From assembly GCA_964016885.1 (NCBI GenBank), contig OZ024740.1, forward strand, positions 361,336,001 to 361,400,000: a DNA stretch of 64,000 bases, written 5' to 3'. Below, piece by piece: positions 51,364 to 64,000 of this stretch (position 1 is its first letter; the number at the start of each line of letters is the position of its first letter). A program made the position numbers and the translations under genes. Source of the stretch: Eledone cirrhosa (lineage: Eukaryota). Below the pieces are notes generated by a model. That model saw only the letters and a list, made by a program, of their open reading frames with translations, was not told the DNA's origin and searched no databases.

Positions 51364-52090
51364 TAAAGAAGGAATTTAAATTGTTAACCTTGGTCTTTTG
51401 TCATTTTGAATATTAATGCTCTGCTACCTGAACTATCCTCAACAACAAGAACCTTAACTTTCGAAGACTTATTCATCTGTTTCAAATGCCTTATGAGATG
51501 ACGGTTTTAGTGTGCATAGAGCTTCACTCACCATACCAAAATTAATACTGGAATACTTTACTACAATCACCTATATTATATTATATTATCATCATCATCA
51601 TATCATTTTACGTCCGCTTTTTCCCTGCTTGCAAGAGTGGGTCAGGAACTGATTCTGGCTTGATTTCTACAGCTGGATGCCCTTCCTAACACCAACCTCA
51701 TTTACAGTGAATGCTGGGTGCTTTTTTGCCGTGGCACCTCCTCGACCACTTTGCAGTGGAATGATATGGACCCCAGTCCCTATCATCTCATTTCTATAGC
51801 TGAGTAAACTGGAGCAATGTGAAATAAAGTTTCTCGCTCAAGGAAACAATACATCACCCGGTCTGAGAATTATATATATATATATATATATATGTAGATA
51901 AATCTACCAAGAGTTTACGGTAGTGTCCAATCCGTATGAAGAACTCAATGTAATCCGGATCTCATGGAAAGAAGAGATGCAATGAAAAATCACTTTCGGT
52001 GAAAGATAAACGGAATACAGAGTCAAGATAAAATATTAAAAAAATAATGAATAAAACAATGAAACAGTTCCTTATATTAAACAAAAAAAG

Positions 52091-52245
52091 TTCATTATTT
52101 AACGATCGTTTCTAGGATATATATGTGTTAGAATTGGCATGCATATTCAACAGATCTATGTACAAAATTATACAAAATTATACAAACTATCAAAATTAAA
52201 TATACATACCAAACACATATATATGCCGTCTTCAGAAATAATGAA
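52091..52245 (-). ncRNA. Long-stem-II hammerhead in a PLE pseudo-LTR; 3'-half inverted copies at ~53565-53725 and ~58495-58660
   Basis: TTCATTATTT-CTGAAGA-...ATATATATGTGTT...AACACATATATAT...-GAAAC GATC GTT-AAATAATGAA; 10-bp stem I. Confidence 0.78.
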
Positions 52246-52839
52246 ATATATTTATTGATAATAACAACAATTCAAAATTTCAGGTCTGTTTGGGAACAGA
52301 GTTCAAATTGACCAATGAAAATACAAAAAGTTTATACAGTTAGGTGTGTGTATATACATGTAAGTAACTTCGTTCACAGATATGCATAAAGATATATGTT
52401 CACATGCATACGCATGCCAAAAAGATGTATGTAAATACAAAAATTCAAGGCTAATGTCTCTGTAAGTTTATAATCTACAGATAAAATGCGTATACACACA
52501 TAAATATAAAATAAATATATACACACATTCATATACTCACACATATTCGTACATTCACACACACACGCGCGTATACGCATAAACATACACATAACCACGA
52601 ACATACATACACACATACACCCCCCACACACATATATATGTGTATATACTATTATCATAAGCATATGGACATTAATGCACGCACATAAACAATGCCACAC
52701 ATATTTAGATCCAGATACAGAAATTAGGTGGGGGGGGGGGAGGTCAATATTCAACGGTGTCAGCAGACTGCCTATTTATAAATGTATCTATAAACTTAGA
52801 AATAAAAAGAAAAGAAAAAGAAAAAAGAAATATATCAAG

Positions 52840-54530
<1,691 letters not shown>

Positions 54531-54532
54531 AC

Positions 54533-55192
54533 AATCATACACCCTTATTTGCATGCGCACATATGTATTTTTATACTCACATACAAACACCCAAACATAC
54601 ATACCTACCTACATATACATACATACATCCACGCTTACAAATACAAATAATAATAGTAGGGGGGGAAGGGGGGGGGATTATAGTAAATATAGGTTTCAAG
54701 AAACATAGAATATTAATCTGCATTTAGATCATAATATGTGTTTACATAGTTTCAGTATTAGGAAATGTAAGAAAGAAGGCAAAATTATGCATTTCAATAT
54801 AAGTATACCATTAATTATAGGTTAACTAAACTAAAGATAGTTAATATATTGATTTCTAAGGTGTATACTACTTAGGTTTATAATATTTGAAGCAGAATTT
54901 TGAAGTTAAATAGTAGTAGAGTATTAATTATAGTATAACTAAATTAAAATTATTAACGTTATGGTATCAATATTAGGAAATGAATTTAGTAATAGGGAAA
55001 AAACAAATAAAGTATTACATCGGTAGTAGAATATAAATTATAGGTTAACTAAATTAAAAATTATATATTAATTTCTATAGTATATGTTAATTAGGTTTAT
55101 AATAATTAAAACAGATATTGTATTTTATCTATAGTAGAATATAATTATAGGTAAACAGAAATTAAAATTAATACATACACATATACATATAC

Positions 55193-55229
<37 letters not shown>

Positions 55230-57790
55230 CATATATATACATACATATACATATTTTTTCAAAAATTGCAAAGAATATATTAACTAGGTATACATCCAAA
55301 ACCTATCTCATTCTATGATTACATGACACTCTGCAATCCATCTGTATTAGGATACTAATTTTAAGCCAATTAAATTAAATTTTTAGGTTGACCAAATTTA
55401 AAACCAAATTATAAATATATTTCTAAAATGTACATTAATTAGGTCTATAATACTAAAAATTATTTCTCTGTCATTGAATACACGATATTTTGTTATATTT
55501 TATCTGTAAAGGAATTTTAATAAAAGGTTAAATAAATTAAAATTAATCTATAAATTAATTTACTAAGTATATATTAGAAATATTTAAAAGTTTTTCACAA
55601 TTTATGATTACACAATATTTTATAATCTCATCTGTAGTAGAATTTTAATTAAATTAAATTTATAGGTTAACTAACATTTAAATTAAATTATATATTAATT
55701 TCTAAAATAATGTTATTAATTAGGTTTATAATATTTAAATGTTTTTCTTAGTTTATGATTACACGATATAATTAATTCCTGTCGTTTATTTAATAGGATA
55801 TCCTTAGATTTCATTATTTCAAATAGTTCTTGGGAACATAATCTACATTCATTTCTATTATTTTGATAAGGGGTGGCTCTTTTGAGCACACTCCAGGTCA
55901 AATCATATTCTATATTCTTATTTTTATAACTATTGATTTTTTCTGCTAGAGATGTTGTATTAGCCAGTGCGGCATTTTAAAAAACTATGTTTGTGGGTAT
56001 TAAACCTTACCTTAAAATTGTTAGAAGTAGCTCCTATATATGAGCAAATAGAATCTTTAGTTTTAACATTACATTTATAAACTATGTTGTTAACAAGACA
56101 ATTTCCTTTTAATGGGCAGTTTGCTTTGTTTCTACAGTTACAACCTTTCGTTAATTCTGTATTTGAGGAGATATTATGGTTAGTTTGATGTATTGGTGGT
56201 ATACTTATGGTTTTCTTACATTTATATGCATTATAGGCACTTATATTTTGTTTTATGTTATTTGTTGTTGAGTATGAGAATTTAACTGTAGACCTATTTA
56301 AGATTTGATGGTATTTGTGGTTTGGCGGGAAGTTTTTCTCTAGGATATAAAAAAACTTTTTAGCAATATTATCCTTAATTTGTAAATTAAATGGAGCATT
56401 ATACCAAGTAACCCGTCTATTACGGTTTCTATGTTGTTTATTATTTTTATAGGTTGTATCATGATGTTTACTAGGAGGATTAATGTTAATGATCTCACCA
56501 CGCACATTTTTAGTTATATTTGTAGATTTAGGTGTTTTATCTTGTTTATTAGGAGTTTTATTATTAACATTTATTAGAGTTGTATGATGAGTAGTTTTTT
56601 GAGAGTTACTATACTTTATATTAGAAGATTTGGTATTTTGGGGTATAGTGTGGGTGGCATTTAGGTGTGTACTTTTCATTTGGTGTTTGTTGGTAATATT
56701 AGGTTGTATGTTTTTAGTATTTTTAGTAGAAGGTATATATTCTAATCTATTTTTGTGGCCACTTCTATCTAGAGCTTCGTTATAGAAGGTCGCATTTTTA
56801 TCAAATACATCTTGGTTAGAAGAAAAAATAAGAAAACACGTTATTTTACCACTCTGGGAAAACACTTCCCAGGTAATTAACTGGTTTAAAAATATTAGAT
56901 GTAAATCTTCTGCTTCATTTCTACAATTTGATATAGATAATTACTATTCTTCTATATCACCTATACTCCTGAACAAAGCATTGATATTTGCTAAAAATAG
57001 ATCTAACTTAACTTTGGATGACATTAATATTATTACACATGCTAGACTAACACTTATTGAATTTCAGAATGAATACTGGACCAGAAACACATATAGTAAT
57101 CTATTTGATATTACTATGGGTTCAAGCGATTCCGCCCAAATTACTGATCTTGTGGGCCTCTTTCTCCTTTTCAACATAAATGCCTCCTTTCCCCACCTTA
57201 AAGGTGGTTTATATCGTGATGACTGTCTTCTTCTTTCCAACAACCTTAGCCTTTCAGAAATAGAAAAAAAACAAAAAGCATATTAGAACTTTCCTTAAAG
57301 ACTATTATAGTCTTCATATTACTTTTGAAAAAACAAGTAAAGTAGTAAATTTCCTAGATATAACTTTAGACTTAGCTACGGGTATCTACCAACCTTACCA
57401 TAAACCCAACCAAAACTTACACTACATACACTCACAATCTAATCACCCTAAATCTATCCTTAAAAACCTTGCATATAATATATCACTTAGAATTTCTAAC
57501 CTTTCTTCTAACCAAGATGTATTTGATAAAAATGCGACCTTCTATAACGAAGCTCTAGATAGAAGTGGCCACAAAAATAGATTAGAATATATACCTTCTA
57601 CTAAAAATACTAAAAACATACAACCTAATATTACCAACAAACACCAAATGAAAAGTACACACCTAAATGCCAATACAGATGGATTGCAGAGTGTCATGTA
57701 ATCATAGAATGAGATAGGTTTTGGATGTATACCTAGTTAATATATTCTTTGCAATTTTTGAAAAAATATGTATATGTATGTATATATATG

Positions 57791-57827
<37 letters not shown>

Positions 57828-58652
57828 GTATATGTATATGTGTATGTATTAATTTTAATTTCTGTTTACCTATAATTATATTCTACTATAGATAAAATAC
57901 AATATCTGTTTTAATTATTATAAACCTAATTAACATATACTATAGAAATTAATATATAATTTTTAATTTAGTTAACCTATAATTTATATTCTACTACCGA
58001 TGTAATACTTTATTTGTTTTTTCCCTATTACTAAATTCATTTCCTAATATTGATACCATAACGTTAATAATTTTAATTTAGTTATACTATAATTAATACT
58101 CTACTACTATTTAACTTCAAAATTCTGCTTCAAATATTATAAACCTAAGTAGTATACACCTTAGAAATCAATATATTAACTATCTTTAGTTTAGTTAACC
58201 TATAATTAATGGTATACTTATATTGAAATGCATAATTTTGCCTTCTTTCTTACATTTCCTAATACTGAAACTATGTAAACACATATTATGATCTAAATGC
58301 AGATTAATATTCTATGTTTCTTGAAACCTATATTTACTATAATCCCCCCCCCCCCCTTCCCCCCCTACTATTATTATTTGTATTTGTAAGCGTGGATGTA
58401 TGTATGTATATGTAGGTAGGTATGTATGTTTGGGTGTTTGTATGTGAGTATAAAAATACATATGTGCGCATGCAAATAAGGGTGTATGATTAATTTTGAT
58501 AGTTTGTATAATTTTGTATAATTTTGTACATAGATCTGTTGAATATGCATGCCAATTCTAACACATATATATCCTAGAAACGATCGTTAAATAATGAACT
58601 TTTTTTGTTTAATATAAGGAACTGTTTCATTGTTTTATTCATTATTTTTTAA

Positions 58653-58660
<8 letters not shown>
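54533..58660. mobile_element. Rearranged PLE (Hydra-clade-like): RT piece (+, ~56870-57672), linker/EN (-, 55716-56825), inverted duplications
   Basis: FDITMGSSDSAQITDLVGLFLL, GLYRDD; CNCRNKANCPLKGNCL, IVY...YIG, CRLC...CNH; inverted pairs ~56655-56825 / 57505-57672 and 54533-55346 / 57673-58491. Confidence 0.85.
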
Positions 58661-58691
<31 letters not shown>

Positions 58692-58724
58692 AAATGTGTG
58701 TAATCCTTGGTACAGTTAGGTATA

Positions 58725-59580
58725 TTAAGACAGGGGGGAAGAAAAAATGGCTTCACTTGTGCTTTCAACAAATTTATTTTCTTCACAAAATCCAAAAAGA
58801 ATTTTTTTCCGGATTAGAAAACAAATTTTTTCTTAAAAAAATTATTTTATAAATTAAGTTAGGTCTTAGGAGTTCTTGGTTAACGTAGGAGGTATTGTTT
58901 CGTTTTTAGAATGACCTTTCACGCTGAGGTGCGCTTGTCAAACTGATGTGTATGTGGTGTGTTGTTCTATATATAGGGATTTAACATGTCTGTGGTGTGG
59001 TGGGTTTTTTTTTTTTTTTTTCTTTTTAATTTTTTTTCTCCCCCTTTAATAAGTGTATGGGTGTAGGTGTGTTGAAAAAGTGTTAATAGCAGTAATGAGT
59101 TGAGACGGTGAGTAGGGTTGGGTGGGGAGAAATGTAGCAAGTGCGGCCTGCCCCGGTCATTCTCGAAAAATTCCTTTATTCAGGGGAAAAAGCTTTTAGT
59201 ATTCCTTTGTGTTGAGAATGGTCATAGGCACACCGCACCTGCCAAGTTTGTAAACAATTATTTTTTTCTGAAGAATTTTACTACGTCCATCCCAAAATTA
59301 GTCCTTTGTTCAACACACACATATGTGCGTATATACGTACATACACACACGGGCATATGTAGGAATATATAGGCACACACCATCAATCACGCACCCATGT
59401 ACATATACGTCCACATACATACACAAAAACATATAAAGACATATAAAAACACATATACACATACGTACACACACGAATATGTACTCATACCTCCACATGG
59501 GTATATATATATATACATACATACATATACATACATATACACACATAAAGATACATAACTAAATATACATATATACCCAT

Positions 59581-59672
<92 letters not shown>

Positions 59673-59730
59673 CCGTATATATACCTCCGTTCACACATAC
59701 ATGCCTACACACACACACATACACACATAC

Positions 59731-59762
<32 letters not shown>

Positions 59763-59764
59763 GC

Positions 59765-59823
<59 letters not shown>

Positions 59824-59916
59824 CATATATACATACATATATGTACACATAAACACATACAGACACATACACACATATACATACATATACACATATATAT
59901 ATATCTATATATATAT

Positions 59917-59989
<73 letters not shown>

Positions 59990-60050
59990 TACATACATAC
60001 ACATACACATACAAGTACATACATACACACATACATATATACACATACAT

Positions 60051-60127
<77 letters not shown>

Positions 60128-60210
60128 TATACATACACACACATACATACACACACATATATATATATATATATATATGTGTGTACACACAAGCACATAA
60201 AGACACATAT

Positions 60211-60249
<39 letters not shown>

Positions 60250-60403
60250 TATACATACATCTACATACATACATACATATACACATACAGAAACATATAC
60301 ATATGTACACGCATATATACATATATGCACATACATACACACACACACATATATATAGATACATACATATACATACACACACATATAAACATATATCTAT
60401 CTA

Positions 60404-60449
<46 letters not shown>

Positions 60450-62908
60450 AACATACACATACATACATATATATATATACATATATATATACACACATAC
60501 ACACATATATATATATATATATACACACACATACAAACATACACACATCCATACATATATATACACACACACACATACACACACCCACATACATATATAC
60601 CCACACACATATATGTGTGTGTCTCATCGTTCACTCAGATATTCATGTGTATACATAAGAAGAGGGGGTAGTGAAATGGAATTTTACCTCCGAGTGTTAA
60701 TTCATTTTTTCGTGTTCAGTAGTGGTTTAAATTTTTCAATGAAGAATTCTTCTTTATATCTGCGGAAATGTTCGTTATCCGACCATATCTTGAAGAAAGG
60801 GAAGATTGTGAATTTTCCCTTCCCGCATGATGCAAAGTGTGCGCTACATGTGGTATTTCTGACTGTGGGGTCTTTAATTTGTTGTTTATGTACCCGGACT
60901 CTATCATGTAATCCCGTTCCGGTTTCCCCAATGTAATACTCTTTACACTGTGGACATGTTGCGCAATATATTAGGTTTTTCGTTTTGCAGTTCATGTTTG
61001 CATTGACCTTGAAATTATCATGGTTTTTGAAGGACAACTGTTTGCCCTCTTCGATGAGTTCACAGGTTCCACATCTAGGGTCCCCGCATTTCGTCACTTG
61101 CATTGATTCCATGTTGGTCGTAAATTTTGCCTTGGTAATTAGTTTTTTAAGGCTGGGTGCTTGGCGTCTGCTATAAATTATCTGTGTTTTTTAAGAGTGC
61201 ATTCATTTTGGTAGATTGCTGTAGAATCGGGAGATACTGCTTAGCAGTTTTCACAATGTTGATGTTCCCTGGGTTGTGAGTGATGACAAAAGAGATAGCA
61301 GGGTTTTCTTTTTTATGTTGTGGGTTTGGTTTTCTCAGTGTTGTTATTGGGATGTTCTTAGCCTTGGAGATGGCTGCGTTGATGAGTTTCATCGGGTATT
61401 CTTGTTTTTTAAGGAAGTTTTTCAGGTCACATAATCTTTTTTCTTGTAGTACGGGGTGTGTTGCTATAGTGCAGATGCGCCTTGCCATGTTGAAGGGAAT
61501 GTTCCTTTTCGTATGTGAGGGGTGTGCTGACCGGAAATTTAAGTATTGGTGTGTGTCAGTGGGTTTGCAAAATAGGTCCGTTATGATATTTTTCCCTTCT
61601 TTAATGATGAGGATATCTAGAAAGGGCAGTTCCTTTTCGTTACATTCCATAGTGAATTGTATAGCTTCATGAAGCCTGTTTAAAATCGAATAAAATTTTT
61701 GTAGGTCTGTTTGGCTTCTGTTCCAGAAGATGAAGCAGTCATCTAGGTAACGTTTCCAGTTTTTATTAATGTAGAAGGCGAAGTCGTGACTGAATGTTAT
61801 CTGTAGTTGGGAATATAATTTTTCCTCTAAGTGACCCATAACGAGCGTTGCATATGTAGGGGCCGCTTTGGTACCCATGGCTGTTCCTTTTATTTGTAGA
61901 TAAAGTTCGTTGTCAAAGAGGAAGTGGTTGTTTTCCAATACTAATTTAAGTCCTTCCAAGATGAATTCTTTGGGGAATCTTTCTGAAATGTGACTTGAGT
62001 GTTTTGTAATCCAGAAGTCCACAGCTTCAATCCCTAGGTCGTGTGGGATGTTAGTGTACAGGCTTATTACATCAAAACTGACGAGGATTGTATCCTGGTG
62101 TACTTTTTGGGGGATATAGTTAAGGAATTCCATATCATCTCTGATGTAGCTTGCAACTTTTTTACATAGGGGTTTGAGTATGATGTCTAATAGGTTGCTT
62201 AGACGTTGTGTGCTTGAGGCTGGGCCAGCAATAATGGGGCGTAATTTTAAGTGTGTCGGTTTTGGTGTTTCGATGTATGATGTATTTTTCCCTTTTATGT
62301 TGTTTTGGATTTCTATGGATTTGTGAATTTTTGGTAATCCATAGAAATTGCTGGTTTTCATTTCGAAGTTGGTTAGGTAATCTACTTCTTTCGGTGTTAG
62401 GTTGTTTTGGTACTTTGTTGTTAGTTTGCCTATTTGGTTCCTCGATTTCCTTTCTTCGTTTTTAGTGATTTTCCTGTAGAAGTTTTCGTCATTCAAGTGT
62501 GCTAGAACCATATCTTTGTAGTGGTTTGTGTCCATGATGACGATTGCTCCACCTTTGTCCGCTTCTTTTATCATTATTGAGGAATCCCTTTGTAGCTTGT
62601 TCAATGCTAGGGAAAAAAACCAAAAAAACCCCCCACCACACCACAGACATGCTAAATCCCTATATATAGAACAACACACCACATACACATCAGTTTGACA
62701 AGCGCACCTCAGCGTGAAAGGTCGTTCTAAAAACGAAACAATACCTCCTACGTTAACCAAGAACTCCTAAGACCTAACTTAATTTATAAAATAATTTTTT
62801 TTAAGAAAAATTTTTTTTTCTAATCCGGAAAAAAATTCTTTTTGGATTTTGTGAAGAAAATAAATTTGTTGAAAGCACAAGTGAAGCCATTTTTTCTCCC
62901 CCCCTGTC

Positions 62909-62915
<7 letters not shown>
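58725..62915. repeat. ~290-bp inverted repeats (~58725-59010 and ~62610-62915) bracketing a PLE and microsatellites
   Basis: TTAAGACAGGGGGGA...GTGGTGGG and its reverse complement; both outer ends lie near (TA)n. Confidence 0.85.
60702..62610 (-). mobile_element. PLE (Naiad/Neptune-type) RT + Zn-knuckle + GIY-YIG, 5'-truncated
   Basis: EADKGG, FYGLPKIHK, LRPII, SFDVISLYT, GTAMGT, RYLDD, PFLD; CGDPRCGTC, NLIY...YIGETG; frameshifts near 61140-61190. Confidence 0.93.
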
Positions 62916-63000
<85 letters not shown>

Positions 63001-63733
63001 TAATAATAATAAATTTGAAGACTAAAATCCAAAGAGGGCTCGATATATAAGAACCGTAGAGCAAATATTTATTAAAATAACAGATTAAAGTTTAAGCAAA
63101 GAATCGCTGTTTTCACCCTTAACGGGATCTTCTGAAACTAAAAAAATAAATCTGTGAACGCAGAAATAAATATTTCGAAAAACGTTGCAACCGAAGGAAG
63201 ACAGGAAGACGATACTTTGGTTCGTGGAGATGTTCCCTGGCAATGAACGGAAAAAAATGAAGATAATACGTTATTATTTGGAGGGGTGAGAACAATTACA
63301 CGCAAAGACAAAACCACGTTTATGGTATAAAGGAAGTCGTAGACTAATATTCTATGTAGGTGGTTCGTGGAGACATTTCCTGTCAATGAACGGGAAAAAA
63401 AAGCGAAGATAATACGTCATTATGTGGAGCGCTGAGAACAATTACACGCATTATATAAATGAAATCGTAGACTAAAATTCTATTTAGGAAACCGAATGAT
63501 TCTCGGCTATAGAGTTAAGAATAATGTAAATACATTACAGATGTAATTGAAATCAACAATAATTAAATATATACATGCACGCATCCATATACGTACATAC
63601 ATATGCATACGCGAAAACACCCGCCATGGGTATGCATATACAAGCATGTACACAAAAACACGAGCACACATACAAAAACCCATGCAACACCTGTACCCAC
63701 ACACGTAAATGTATACACCAAATACACATAAAC

Positions 63734-63764
<31 letters not shown>

Positions 63765-64000
63765 CGTGTATACATATAATTATATAAACGTATATAAATA
63801 TACACACACAAATACGTATATAATGCGCGCACACACATACCTACAGGTAAATACACATATGTTCACTAAACGTACATCAACCAAAACACAAAGTACACAT
63901 ATACACACACCCTACATACACACACAAACGCAAAATACATGTACACACATAACCATATACACATGTACCAGTATACATATAATATATACACCTATAACAA

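Noticed and set aside
51871-51899. A|TCTACATATATA as the 5' end of a Helitron carrying the ATF4 copy
   Set aside because: Indistinguishable from a microsatellite edge.
62610-62760. N-terminus of the 529-aa ORF
   Set aside because: Chimeric read-in from the inverted repeat; PLE homology starts near LNKLQRD.

Overview
AT-rich, microsatellite-dense animal genomic DNA, most likely an octopod cephalopod (inferred from repeat style and protein similarity). Two host genes lie tail to tail. One is the last five exons of class-III alcohol/formaldehyde dehydrogenase (ADH5, + strand, 1781-7655). The other is a complete ATF4/CREB2 bZIP gene (- strand, ~17741-10833) with a TATA/Inr promoter, a C/EBP-ATF site and the classic short uORF1 plus overlapping uORF2 leader. 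A near-identical, internally deleted, bZIP-less ATF4 copy (46471-~49460) abuts a Helitron-type 3' end. The rest is mobile DNA: a young Gypsy LTR element (24357-29934) with a -1 frameshift signal and a SINE in its RT; RTE, Tx1/L1, CR1 and CRE fragments; piggyBac MITEs; a mini-Helitron; SINEs; and several Penelope-like elements (PLEs). The most striking hidden signal is about nine complete or near-complete type I hammerhead ribozymes plus half/degenerate copies, nearly all next to (TA)n tracts. They include two 395-466-bp non-coding, terminally redundant units that pair an octamer box with a newt-satellite-2-like hammerhead (candidate retrozymes), a spacer-less palindrome carrying two hammerheads, and hammerheads with 80-115-nt stem II inserts.
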